DNA from: Candidatus Hydrogenedentota bacterium
Lineage (GTDB): Bacteria; Hydrogenedentota; Hydrogenedentia; Hydrogenedentales; GCA-2746185
Reading direction: 5' to 3'
Assembly (NCBI GenBank): GCA_046583315.1
Contig: JAYGCN010000248.1
Coordinates: 1 to 41,372 of the forward strand
DNA length: 41,372 nucleotides
The position numbers were made by a program, and so were the translations under genes. Positions 1-9,304 of this stretch are shown here, one piece after another. The first letter of the stretch is position 1. The number at the start of each line of letters is the position of its first letter. A model generated the notes under the pieces. The model was not told where the DNA came from and made no database searches. It worked only from the letters and a program-made list of their open reading frames with translations.

Positions 1-18
1 CGTGTGCTCTTCCGATCT
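1..18 (-). other. Illumina TruSeq adapter remnant (assembly artefact)
   Basis: CGTGTGCTCTTCCGATCT is the reverse complement of AGATCGGAAGAGCACACG, the adapter read-through sequence, and it sits at the extreme contig end. Confidence 0.95.
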
Positions 19-1434
19 TTCTTCGGGGAACTCGATGGAAATGGCGAACTCGGTGATCACGCGATCCCGTTCTCTACCGTCGTGGCTGTACAACTCTCGC
101 GCCTGAACCAACTGCGGATAAACGGATCGTCCAACGGTGCGAAGGCGGTCAATGAGTCCGGCGAAAACCATCGGTGTCGTGGATCGCCCGTTCAGGGTGA
201 TTCCTTCGTCGTAGCGATATTTGAATCTCGAAATGGTCAGTCCTGTCTCGGGTGCTTGCAGCGAAATTCTGGCCAGTTGTTCCAAAGGAGGGTCAACACG
301 TGTGACTTGAGCTTGCATTCGTTGGAGATGACGACGTTTCAACGCGACTTGTTGCGCTTCGGGCCGCAAGAGTGCCGCTTGTTCGTCAAGTTTGGTCAAG
401 TAGGTGGTGCGCTGCTGCACGGCCTGCCCGAATACTCCTATGAGCAGAATCAGCGCGAGGAGCATCGCAGCGGAATACTCGATTAGGTTTCGTTTGTTGC
501 TGCTGCGCTCGCGTTCTTGAGTCACCGTGCCGGGCAACAGATCGGTTACGAATGAGGAGTCCCCCTGGGCGATAAGCAATGCACCGATTTCCGGCAACGG
601 CACGTCGTCCAATAACTCAACGCCCTTTTGCACGCTGCGTAAGCCCTGTGGGCAATCCTGAATGCTGGTTTCTACTTTGTGTGCAACCGCATCCCAGTTC
701 AGGCCCTTTGAGTCGACGCTTTGGCTGAAATGTTGATGACGCGGGTCGGGATTCCCGGATTCACGTTCATAGAGAGCGCGATTATCCCGAATGGCATCTG
801 CGATGGCTTCAGCGGACAGGTCATCACAGGTCGAGCCACGGGAGAATTCAATGCCACTTTCGCGTAGGGCTAGCGTTTCCAAGTTTCGGCCCGAGCGATG
901 AAAATAGAGTGCGTTTTCGCCGTGCGGCACGGGGAATTCAAGTGCCGCCAGGATACATGCGGTACTTAAATAAATATGTTCGGGTTCGAGTCCGGCACTC
1001 GCGAGTGTTTGAATATGTTCGTCGATGGTAAACTGGGGAACGACCACGGCGAGTACTTGGCTGTGGCTGTCATCGATCGTTTTGATGATGCAACTGGAAA
1101 CGACGATTTCGTCAGCATTAAAGGGTACCCATTCTTGAGCACTTAGCGCGACCATGCCCTCGATTTCTGCGGGGTCGGTAGCGGGGAGTTCGAGCACCCG
1201 TACAGTAACCAGATGTCGCGGGATAATCGATACGATTCGGTTATCAGCGAATCCATGGGCCTCGGTCATCTCGATCAGCTTGCGCAGAAGAGAACCGTCC
1301 TCCTGTGGCCAATTCCCCTCTTCAACGATGTGGTTGGTGAGGGTGACACCGGACTTGCCCGTTCGGGCGCGTAATGCACTGATATGGTGTTCCGAGCATT
1401 GGAGCGCGAGTATGTGGTTGCTTTTATGATGCAC
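19..1434 (-). CDS. T2SS/T4P assembly-platform protein, GspL-like (PilM-like cytoplasmic domain, TM helix, PilN-like periplasmic domain); 3' truncated
   Basis: Not in the ORF track because there is no stop in the window. Manual translation: GTG at 1434 after a GAGGGG RBS, overlapping the gspK stop, reading MHHKSNHILALQCSEHHISALR...IPRHLVTVRVLELPATDPAEIEGMVALSAQEWVPF...TM (AAMLLALILLIGVFG)...GITLNGRS. Open to the contig end, in the expected position after gspK. Confidence 0.8.
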
Positions 1435-2431
1435 GGAACCCCTCTTTCCAGTCTTTGATGATCGCGTCATTGCCTTGCAATTCGACCACGACTGTGCAAA
1501 ACGCGTTGATCGTCCCCCGCCTACGCGTTGCATGTGCTGTAATTCTAAACAACCTTGAATCCGTCTTGCAATATTTTCGGATGGGATCAAGCGATTCATA
1601 GCTGATTTCGAGTTGTTTACTCATGGTATCGAGCGATCGAAACGCCCGATCGTCTCCTGTGTAGGGAATGCCGTCCGCACCTACACGATATTCGATGATA
1701 CGGGTCAATACGGATTCGTCCAGTTCCGGGATTCGTTCCAGAACGCCCAGGGACGCCGTGTTGACGTTGATGAGTCCGTCGTTCGGGTCGCTCCAGACTG
1801 TAAACAGGGATCGCAACCCATCGCTGTTGCCCTCGCCCATCCAGCTCGTGTAATCAATGTTCGATCCCTCTTCCAGGGTGAGGACCTCGTCAACGGTCAC
1901 GAATCGATAGGGTTGTTGACGGAAATTGGCGGCATCACGACGGGCAAGGATAGCGCCGATGAGCTGGAAATCAAGTTCGTCGATGGATTCAAAGAGTTCG
2001 CGCGGCGCATCATTCAGGGAAATTCGTGCGGAGCAATCGGAGATCGTATACGTGCAGATGTCATCTCCGGATTGTGCTCCTTCGACGGGAGCAAAATAGC
2101 GTGCTTCATTCATAAGGTTAATTCTGCGACTCCAGCGTTGATTGTATGCTGTATAGGGGGCGCTTCGGGGGGAGGTATACCACCCGGGATCGCGATAGGT
2201 GTCGAGCATCTGTTTGTTGCGCAATTCGAGGATCGCGCGCTGTATCGCGCCCCTGGCCATGCCCCGTGCCTGCGCCTGATCCATGCCGTACCAGGCGGCA
2301 CGACGTTCCATCATCGCGCGGTGTGAAAATCCAAGGGTAATGACCGTCAGAATCGCGAGTATCCAGATGACTGTCACGAGTACGAAGCCCTCGTTTTGTC
2401 TGTGGCATCTATTGTTTGATGATGGGCGCAT
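1424..2431 (-). CDS. gspK: type II secretion minor pseudopilin GspK
   Basis: G|FVLVTVIWILAILTVI prepilin-like N-terminus lacking E5; ISLNDA and INVNTAS motifs; start set at ATG 2431, next to the gspJ stop. Confidence 0.9.
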   Translation of the reverse strand: MRPSSNNRCHRQNEGFVLVTVIWILAILTVITLGFSHRAMMERRAAWYGMDQAQARGMARGAIQRAILELRNKQMLDTYRDPGWYTSPRSAPYTAYNQRWSRRINLMNEARYFAPVEGAQSGDDICTYTISDCSARISLNDAPRELFESIDELDFQLIGAILARRDAANFRQQPYRFVTVDEVLTLEEGSNIDYTSWMGEGNSDGLRSLFTVWSDPNDGLINVNTASLGVLERIPELDESVLTRIIEYRVGADGIPYTGDDRAFRSLDTMSKQLEISYESLDPIRKYCKTDSRLFRITAHATRRRGTINAFCTVVVELQGNDAIIKDWKEGFRAS

Positions 2432-2432
2432 A

Positions 2433-3182
2433 TCAGACTTCCCCGCCGTCTTTTTCAAGATCATCGGGAACAAAACTGACATTTCCATCGAACTTGATCG
2501 TTTTGACGAAGCGTGTATCCTGAATTGATTTCGCAGCGTCGTACAGCGTCAATTCAATACGCACTCCGGCGGGAAGACGATCGGTTGCGGTGGGACGTTC
2601 GATGAGCGGGGTCCATATCGGCGGCGCGTCTTGTCGAATGGACGAACCGGGTGTCCATAAATAGGTGAGGCGAACATCAAGCACGCCGTCCGCGATGATG
2701 CGCTCGTACTTTCTTCCGAGTCGCAATGAGGCCTGCGGTCGCGATCCGGCCATGCCCGTGAATTGGGATGCGAGAGGACCTTCTACCGGTCTCTCTTCGC
2801 GTATCAGGTCAGTTCCGTTGAGGTAATAGCGTACCGCGAAAAGGCGTTCTATGGCCAACTCTTCAACGTTCATGGGTTGTATCGCGCTCACAAACGATAC
2901 TTCGTCCGGGAATCCTGAAAAATACGAGACGGCTGAAAGTTGACGTCGGTCGTTGGGAATGCCGGACAGATCGTGCTGCATGATGGCAAACACGCGACGG
3001 GCATCTGTAAAGGTCTTCTCGTTCGCGCTCCCGTTTCGCCAGTGTAATACGGTGGAGTGAAAAGTGGTGTACACACCGATGAGCGCGATGGACATGAGCG
3101 TGGAGGCGACAAGCAGCTCGGCCAGCGTGAACCCCGATTGGGTCGGCAGACGTTTTTGAAGGGTTGACGGAGAGGACATCAT
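2433..3182 (-). CDS. gspJ: type II secretion minor pseudopilin, GspJ-like
   Basis: SG|FTLAELLVAS N-methylation motif; ATG at 3182 overlaps the gspI stop (ATGA). The upstream part of the 528-aa ORF call is spurious. Confidence 0.8.
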   Translation of the reverse strand: MMSSPSTLQKRLPTQSGFTLAELLVASTLMSIALIGVYTTFHSTVLHWRNGSANEKTFTDARRVFAIMQHDLSGIPNDRRQLSAVSYFSGFPDEVSFVSAIQPMNVEELAIERLFAVRYYLNGTDLIREERPVEGPLASQFTGMAGSRPQASLRLGRKYERIIADGVLDVRLTYLWTPGSSIRQDAPPIWTPLIERPTATDRLPAGVRIELTLYDAAKSIQDTRFVKTIKFDGNVSFVPDDLEKDGGEV

Positions 3183-3661
3183 GCGGCTTGCCTCTCGCGT
3201 TGCGGAACATACAGTTTGTCTTCCGGCAGGAGTACTTCCATCGTTTCTTCGAAGGGAAGCTGTCCACGGGACCAGTAGGTAGTAATCGAAATCCGGATCA
3301 ATCGCGATGCACCGTCTATGTAACGGAATGTCTTGAGTGGTTCTCCGTTGGTTGCGATTCGCGGTGGAAACTGAGGACGCGGCACGGGAACAGGCGTGAT
3401 CGAATAGGTGTAACCGAAGCGTCCGCTGCCGTCCTGGAATACGCCTTCTCCTTGTTCCACAAAGACCAGTGGCTGAAGCTCTTTCTCGGTGAGGAATTCT
3501 TCCATGAGCAAGCGGACCTGAGTATAGTCCTGCACTTGACCGCGGGTCAGGATGGCTTGACGTACCACGCCGTGGATCGTAATCGCGCTGATGCCAAGTA
3601 CAACGATAGCGACGGTGGTCTCGATGAGGATATAACCCGCACGGGCGTGTCGATGTCTCAT
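3179..3661 (-). CDS. gspI: type II secretion minor pseudopilin, GspI-like
   Basis: AG|YILIETTVAIVVLG prepilin motif; ATGA overlap with the gspH stop; operon position. Confidence 0.75.
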   Translation of the reverse strand: MRHRHARAGYILIETTVAIVVLGISAITIHGVVRQAILTRGQVQDYTQVRLLMEEFLTEKELQPLVFVEQGEGVFQDGSGRFGYTYSITPVPVPRPQFPPRIATNGEPLKTFRYIDGASRLIRISITTYWSRGQLPFEETMEVLLPEDKLYVPQRERQAA

Positions 3662-4185
3662 GCGTCCTCCTCCGCCCATCGAATCTTTGAGCCTTCCGTG
3701 GAAATGACAAAGACGGTATCTTCTCTAAGATCTCTGAGGCCGAGGACTGCCTCGTCGCACATGCCGTTGGGATAGAAGGCGACATAATAGAGGGACTCCC
3801 CGCCAACCCGACGTGCGCGCGGCTTGGCGAGTTGCAGTGAGTCACCGAGTTTGGTGGATTCAATAAGCATATCCTCAACGAAGTCAAACGAGACCGAGCG
3901 CCCTTCACGCATGACCGCGCGTTCGAGCCAGTAGGTATTGATCGTCGGGGCGAGATAGACCCGGTATTCCACCGCGTCGGTAATCGAGCGTGCCTGTGCA
4001 TACTCCAGCAACCCGGCAAGATTGCGCGCTTCGTTCTCTGCGCGAATTCCCATGAGTGTACCGCGGAAAACCGGCGTCACCATCGCGGTAATCACGGCAA
4101 GCAACGACATGACGATCATGAGTTCCAGCAAGGTGAAACCCGATCGTGATGTCGGTGTGCGACGGTTATTTGGAGCGGAAGGCAT
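3658..4185 (-). CDS. gspH: type II secretion minor pseudopilin, GspH/FimT-like
   Basis: SG|FTLLELMIV motif, 'YAQARSI' helix and C-terminal FYPNG typical of GspH/FimT. Confidence 0.82.
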   Translation of the reverse strand: MPSAPNNRRTPTSRSGFTLLELMIVMSLLAVITAMVTPVFRGTLMGIRAENEARNLAGLLEYAQARSITDAVEYRVYLAPTINTYWLERAVMREGRSVSFDFVEDMLIESTKLGDSLQLAKPRARRVGGESLYYVAFYPNGMCDEAVLGLRDLREDTVFVISTEGSKIRWAEEDA

Positions 4186-4188
4186 GGT

Positions 4189-4599
4189 TTAGTTGCCCTT
4201 CAGTAACCAGTCGGCCACGTCATCTTCTGTGCCTTTTTGACCATCCGGGCCAGCCGAATACAAATCGTACGATTCGGGGTGTCGGCTACCTGGCTTCTCG
4301 TAGATATAGGGCGTTCCCCAAGGGTCTCTGTTGAGATCGCGAATGTACTTTTTCTGTCCAGTGGCAAGCTGGCTCAGTGAATCGGGATAACGGTCGTTGT
4401 TATCCAGCGCAAAGAGATCCAGCGCATTCATATACGATTTGATGTCCCCACTGGCGGCCTTGATCTTCGCGTCGGTGGCACTACCCGCGAAAACCAACAC
4501 CACCATGCCCGCGAGCACGCCAATGATGACGGTGACGAGCATCAGTTCGATGAGAGTGAATCCGACATTGGACTGCATGGATTTTCGTTCTTGTTGCAT
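4189..4599 (-). CDS. gspG: type II secretion major pseudopilin GspG
   Basis: G|FTLIELMLV; DPWGTPYIY and SAGPDGQKGTEDD GspG signatures. Confidence 0.93.
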   Translation of the reverse strand: MQQERKSMQSNVGFTLIELMLVTVIIGVLAGMVVLVFAGSATDAKIKAASGDIKSYMNALDLFALDNNDRYPDSLSQLATGQKKYIRDLNRDPWGTPYIYEKPGSRHPESYDLYSAGPDGQKGTEDDVADWLLKGN

Positions 4600-4610
4600 A
4601 TCCGTTCTCC

Positions 4611-5822
4611 TTAACGTACTTGCGCACTCAGGGTCAGCATGGGCAGTAACATCGCGATGACCATAAAGCCAACGATGATGCCCATCACTACAATGATTAA
4701 AGGTTCCAACAACGCGGTAAATGCTTTCACCGCGCGATCAACTTCCAATTCATAGGTGTCCGCGACGCGTTGGGTGGTGCTGCCCAGTTCTCCAGTCTCT
4801 TCACCGACGGCGAGCATATTGACGACCAGAGGCGGGAAATAAGGCGAGGTTTTCAGGCTTGCGCTTATGCTTTCTCCATCCGAGACGCGGCGATGCACCT
4901 CGTCGAGATCCCGTTTGATGAGTCGATTGGACAAGGTCTCGCGTGTGATCGACAGTGCGGTCAGCACGGGTACGCCGTTATCGAAGAGCGTGCCGAGCGT
5001 GCGAGCGAATTTTGCCATTTCGTATCGCTGGATGAGCCCGCGCACGGTGGGTATTTTAAGCAACCATCCGTCTTTGGTGAACTGGCCAGACTCGGTGCTG
5101 AGGAAGGAGCGAATTCCCATGCCAACGACACCTAGGAATGCCAATACCGCCCACCAGAATTTTCCCATGAAGGCGCTTACTTCAATAACGATTGTCGTGA
5201 TAAGGGGCAGGCTTGCGTCGAAGTCGTCGAAAATGATCACGAACTTAGGGAAAACAAAAGAGACCAGGATGAATATTGTTATCCAACTGATGAGCAGGAG
5301 AAAAGCCGGATAGACCATGGCCCCGATCACCTTGCCGCGCAGCTCTTCATCTTTCTCGCCAAACGAAACCATGCGCCACAGCACCTCGTCAAGCATGCCT
5401 CCGGTTTCGCCGGCACGCGTGAGGCTGGTGTACATCGGCGGAAACACTTTCGGATGACGCGCCAGGGCATCGGCGAAACTGTCCCCGTCGTGTACGGCAT
5501 CGTGCAGGTCTTGCATCAGTGCTTTAAGCTTTGGGTTCTCGGCCTGTTCCGTCAGCGTCGCTAGCGCGCGCAGAATGGGCATACCGGCTTGCATCAAACT
5601 GGCCAACTGGCGAAAGAAGACGTTGCGATCTTTGAGACGAATCCGTTGGAAGGTTTGCCGGATACTTGGGGCTGCTGCGGACTCATCGAATTCCGTAACT
5701 TCGATCGGAAACAACCCGTCGGCACGAAGTTTGGCGATGGCGGCCCGTTGGTTTTCGGCCATCAGACTTCCCGTGACGACTGCCGCCGATTGGTCTTTTA
5801 CTTTATAGGAGAACGTAGGCAT
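4611..5822 (-). CDS. gspF: type II secretion inner-membrane platform protein GspF/PilC
   Basis: MPTFSYK start; FFRQLASLMQAG, AGETGG, YPAF and VGEETGEL...LLEP motifs; three TM segments. Confidence 0.95.
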   Translation of the reverse strand: MPTFSYKVKDQSAAVVTGSLMAENQRAAIAKLRADGLFPIEVTEFDESAAAPSIRQTFQRIRLKDRNVFFRQLASLMQAGMPILRALATLTEQAENPKLKALMQDLHDAVHDGDSFADALARHPKVFPPMYTSLTRAGETGGMLDEVLWRMVSFGEKDEELRGKVIGAMVYPAFLLLISWITIFILVSFVFPKFVIIFDDFDASLPLITTIVIEVSAFMGKFWWAVLAFLGVVGMGIRSFLSTESGQFTKDGWLLKIPTVRGLIQRYEMAKFARTLGTLFDNGVPVLTALSITRETLSNRLIKRDLDEVHRRVSDGESISASLKTSPYFPPLVVNMLAVGEETGELGSTTQRVADTYELEVDRAVKAFTALLEPLIIVVMGIIVGFMVIAMLLPMLTLSAQVR

Positions 5823-5826
5823 CAGT

Positions 5827-7545
5827 TTACTCGTAGGTCGCATCGGTGTCCGCACTGACGCGCAAAACTTCGTCCAGCGTGGTCTCTCCGGATTGGACAC
5901 GCAGCCAGCCCGAATCGCGAAGGCTCCGCATGCCCAGGGAGCGCGCCTTGCGTTTGATTTCTGAAGACGTCGCGGACTGTACGGTAAGTTCTTTTATTTC
6001 TTGTACAAAAGGAAGAATTTCGCAGATGGCGAGACGACCGTGGTATCCGGTTTGTCGGCAATCCTCGCAACCCTGCCCCATTCTGAATCGTCCATCGAGT
6101 ACCTCGCCTTGGGTTAAGTTAAATTCACGCAGTGCCTCGGCGGAAGGCGTGACGGGTTGTGCGCAGGTATCGCAGACTTTGCGGACGAGGCGTTGGGCGA
6201 TCGAGGCGATCATCGTAGAGGCGATAAGGAAGGGTTCGACACCCATATCGATAAGACGCGTAACCGTACCGGATGCGTCGTTCGTGTGCAGAGTACTGAA
6301 GACCAGATGGCCGGTAAGACTCGCGCGAATTGACATCTCAGCGGTCTCGTAGTCGCGAATTTCCCCGACCATCATCACATCGGGGTCGTGGCGCAGCATC
6401 GAGCGCAGTCCCATGCTGAAATCAAAACCAATCTGCGGCATGACCTGCATCTGGGTGATTCCTTTAAGCTGATACTCGATTGGGTCTTCGATGGTAATCG
6501 TTTTTCGATCATCTTTGTTTAATCGGTTCAATGCCGAATAGAGTGTCGTGGACTTTCCGCTACCGGTAGGTCCCGTAACCAGGATAATGCCGTGAGGACG
6601 CTCGATAAATGAGTGAATCTGCTCCAAGTCGTCTTTCATGAACCCGAGTTCGCCCAGCGTCATGAAAATGGATGAGCGGGTCAGGATACGAATGTTCAAG
6701 GTTTCGCCGTAGGGGGTTGGCAACAGAGAAATACGCAGATCGTATTTTTCTCCGGCGAGACTCACCTGTATTTTGCCGTCCTGGGGAAGTCGTTTCTCGG
6801 CAATATTGAGATTCGCCATCACTTTGACGCGGGATACAATGGAGGCCTGAAAACCCAGCACGGTGGACGGCACAGGAACCGCATGCAGTATGCCGTCGAT
6901 GCGATACCGTACGCGCAGCTCGTCCTCGAAAGGTTCAATGTGAATATCGGTCGCGCTGGATTCGATGGCCTCGGCGAATAAGACGTTTACGAATTTAACG
7001 ATCGACGCATCGATGGAATCGTCGCCCAGGTCAGACGCGTATCCGTCGGTTTCCAGGGTGACCTCGTGATCGTCCGTGTTTGCATCTTGAATGATCTGCT
7101 CGACCGTGTCGGCACCGAGTCCGTAGAGTGCGCGCGACGCTTTTTCGATGTCGGATGGTGTGGCAACGACCGCGCGCACAGGACGTTTGAGCACCATGCG
7201 AATTTCGTCTACGAGATTGCTGTCGAGTGGATTGGAGAGGGCGATGATGAGGTGGTTGTCGTCCTGACCAACCGGGACGAAGCCGTAGTGGGTAGCATAT
7301 CGCGCAGGCACTTCGGCCGTGATGGACTCAGGGATCGCGCTCAGATCGCTGGAAATGAATTCGAGTTCACAATAACTGGCCAGAGCACGATAAAGGGGCT
7401 CCGAATTGGACAGCCCGGATTCATTGAGAATCTCGAGCAGCGAACGTCCTTGCGCGCGGGCTTCGGCACTGTAACGATTGAGTGCTTGTTCTGAGAGGAT
7501 CGCTTCGGCGACGATTTGCTGTTCAAAGGCATTCAATACACTCAT
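5827..7545 (-). CDS. gspE: type II secretion ATPase GspE/PilB
   Basis: Walker A GPTGSGKST, TIEDPIEY, DPDVMMVGEIRD, TGHLVFSTLHTN, and the CxxC...CxxC zinc motif. Confidence 0.96.
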   Translation of the reverse strand: MSVLNAFEQQIVAEAILSEQALNRYSAEARAQGRSLLEILNESGLSNSEPLYRALASYCELEFISSDLSAIPESITAEVPARYATHYGFVPVGQDDNHLIIALSNPLDSNLVDEIRMVLKRPVRAVVATPSDIEKASRALYGLGADTVEQIIQDANTDDHEVTLETDGYASDLGDDSIDASIVKFVNVLFAEAIESSATDIHIEPFEDELRVRYRIDGILHAVPVPSTVLGFQASIVSRVKVMANLNIAEKRLPQDGKIQVSLAGEKYDLRISLLPTPYGETLNIRILTRSSIFMTLGELGFMKDDLEQIHSFIERPHGIILVTGPTGSGKSTTLYSALNRLNKDDRKTITIEDPIEYQLKGITQMQVMPQIGFDFSMGLRSMLRHDPDVMMVGEIRDYETAEMSIRASLTGHLVFSTLHTNDASGTVTRLIDMGVEPFLIASTMIASIAQRLVRKVCDTCAQPVTPSAEALREFNLTQGEVLDGRFRMGQGCEDCRQTGYHGRLAICEILPFVQEIKELTVQSATSSEIKRKARSLGMRSLRDSGWLRVQSGETTLDEVLRVSADTDATYE

Positions 7546-7594
7546 GGATTACTCCGTAGATTCCCCGATACTGCTAACCGTGCCTTCAGATGGT

Positions 7595-8611
7595 TCACTG
7601 CGCTCGCAATCCCGAAAGGGATAGCTCGGCTGCTCTGGCCAGAACGGTCACCGGACCAGCCTCAACTTCTTCGAGCAAGGTGCGGGCTTTTTCAGGTTGA
7701 TTCGCCTCGTTCCAGTAATAGCGTCCCAGTTCCAGTTTGAATTGGGCCAGAATAATGGGATTTTCCTCTTGCGCTAAGGCAAGCTCCATCGCGGCTTCGA
7801 AGGCGTTTTCATCAGCGTTGTCCACAAATGATTTTTCCGCAATGAGACGCGCCATCTGTTCGACCGCTTCCGAGGCGTGCAAGGTGCCCGGATAATGCTG
7901 GATGTATTCGCCGTAGGTACCGGCGCGACCATCCAGCTGGACGCGATCCCATTCGTGCAGCAACGTAAAACGCTCATCAATCACGCGTGCCTCGTCGAGT
8001 AAGGCGAAGCGGCGGATGTCTTCTCCCGAATTGCGGAAGGATTCAGGAAACGTCGAGCGCATGAGGCTATAGGCTTCGTAGGCCTCCGGGTACCATTTTA
8101 ATTCGTCGAAGGCCAGACGTGCCAACGCGATTCGATTCTCACTGGTTTCGAAAGTCTGGGGATTGGTGGTCATGGCTTCGTTTAACCAGACAAATGCACG
8201 TGCGAACTCGTCCTGCTCCATAAGACGTGTGAATTGGGCAGGATGAGCCGCCAATGTAGCGGTCATCTGTGAATCACTCGATGAGTTTGAGTCGACTGCG
8301 GTAAATTGGATATATCCAACGGGTACGGCGATCAGCAGCAACGCGGCCATTGAAATCAAGCCGAGGCGGCGACCGAAGAGTCGGCGTCCGGTATTCGAGC
8401 GGATTTGGGCTTCGATAGCGGGACGCAGATCGGCATTCATGGCTACAGAGCCGGCAGGAATCGATTCGACGATTTTCTTCAGCGCAGTTATCTCGTTCGC
8501 GCACGACGCGCAATTCGCCACGTGTTCATTAAGTCGATTGGCATCGAATTCATGCAGCGATTCGTACAGCGATTGCGCGATTAGTCCTTCAAACTCGTCA
8601 CAGGCACTCAT
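7595..8611 (-). CDS. zinc-binding (ZAS/zf-HC2) transmembrane anti-sigma factor with TPR-like periplasmic domain
   Basis: HVANCASC (HxxxCxxC) near the N-terminus, a single TM helix, a helical TPR-like C-terminus; starts 1 nt after the ECF sigma stop. Confidence 0.85.
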   Translation of the reverse strand: MSACDEFEGLIAQSLYESLHEFDANRLNEHVANCASCANEITALKKIVESIPAGSVAMNADLRPAIEAQIRSNTGRRLFGRRLGLISMAALLLIAVPVGYIQFTAVDSNSSSDSQMTATLAAHPAQFTRLMEQDEFARAFVWLNEAMTTNPQTFETSENRIALARLAFDELKWYPEAYEAYSLMRSTFPESFRNSGEDIRRFALLDEARVIDERFTLLHEWDRVQLDGRAGTYGEYIQHYPGTLHASEAVEQMARLIAEKSFVDNADENAFEAAMELALAQEENPIILAQFKLELGRYYWNEANQPEKARTLLEEVEAGPVTVLARAAELSLSGLRAQ

Positions 8612-8612
8612 A

Positions 8613-9200
8613 TTATCGTAACTCCTCTACTGAATCGGCCAACTCTACTCGCAATTTGCGAAGTGCGCGAAACAGATGTACTTTGACGCTCCCCAGGGAG
8701 CATTCCAGCGTGTCTGCGATTTCCTGCAGGCTCATCTCGTCGTAATGCCTCAACATAAACACTTGGCATTGCATCTTCGAGAGAACCTCCAGCGCTTCAC
8801 GAACGTGCGCGTCAATCTCGTTGTGGCGGGCACTGTCTTCCGGCGTGTCCACAGAGGCTGATTCAGCCCCGTCGAAATCATGCTCAGAAACAATGACTCT
8901 ACGTTTGCGATTCAACCGACGTGCTTCGTCGATGGCCGCATTCGTCGTCAGCCGCATCAACCAGCCGCCAAAGGGTCCGGTGGGCTTCCATGCACCGATT
9001 CGCTCGTAGGCCCGGAACAGAGCCGTCTGTGCGACATCGAGTGCTTCTTCGCGGTTGCCTGTGTAGCGATAGGCAATCGCATAGACCCGACCTTGGTACC
9101 GTTCTACCAAGGGGCCGAAAGCACTGTCGTCACCCTCCTGAACGGCTTTGGCCAGTTCTTCGTCTGACGGTCCTGTCATTTGATCAGAATCCGCATTCAC
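8613..9200 (-). CDS. ECF (group 4) RNA polymerase sigma factor
   Basis: SDEEL...GDDSAFGPLVERY, region 2 'EALDVAQ...WLMRLTTNAAID' and region 4 'SLQEIADTLECSLGSVKVHLFRALRKLR'. Start placed at GTG 9200 (uncertain). Confidence 0.93.
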   Translation of the reverse strand: MNADSDQMTGPSDEELAKAVQEGDDSAFGPLVERYQGRVYAIAYRYTGNREEALDVAQTALFRAYERIGAWKPTGPFGGWLMRLTTNAAIDEARRLNRKRRVIVSEHDFDGAESASVDTPEDSARHNEIDAHVREALEVLSKMQCQVFMLRHYDEMSLQEIADTLECSLGSVKVHLFRALRKLRVELADSVEELR

Positions 9201-9206
9201 TGCTAA

Positions 9207-9234
9207 AACGAAGCTCCGACGCAATTGGTTGACA
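9207..9234 (-). promoter_or_regulatory. putative ECF-dependent autoregulatory promoter
   Basis: Minus strand TGTCAACC-N16-CGTT matches the AAC/CGT ECF consensus and lies 6 nt upstream of an in-frame GTG of the sigma gene. Confidence 0.55.
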
Positions 9235-9304
9235 CACCGTCCCCCGCATTCTTATAACCCCCTGTTGCATCAAGTACTTAGATAGTATACCGAACCCTGA
9301 GGTC

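Noticed and set aside
4..486. Plus-strand ORF, and the many other antisense ORFs (e.g. 1613..2326, 14543..15181, 21941..22828, 35036..35764)
   Set aside because: Shadow frames of well-supported opposite-strand genes, with no motifs or RBS.
3183..4019. N-terminal 279 aa of the 528-aa ORF 2433..4019
   Set aside because: Overlaps gspI and gspH in another frame and is low-quality Arg/Ser-rich sequence; the real pseudopilin starts at 3182.
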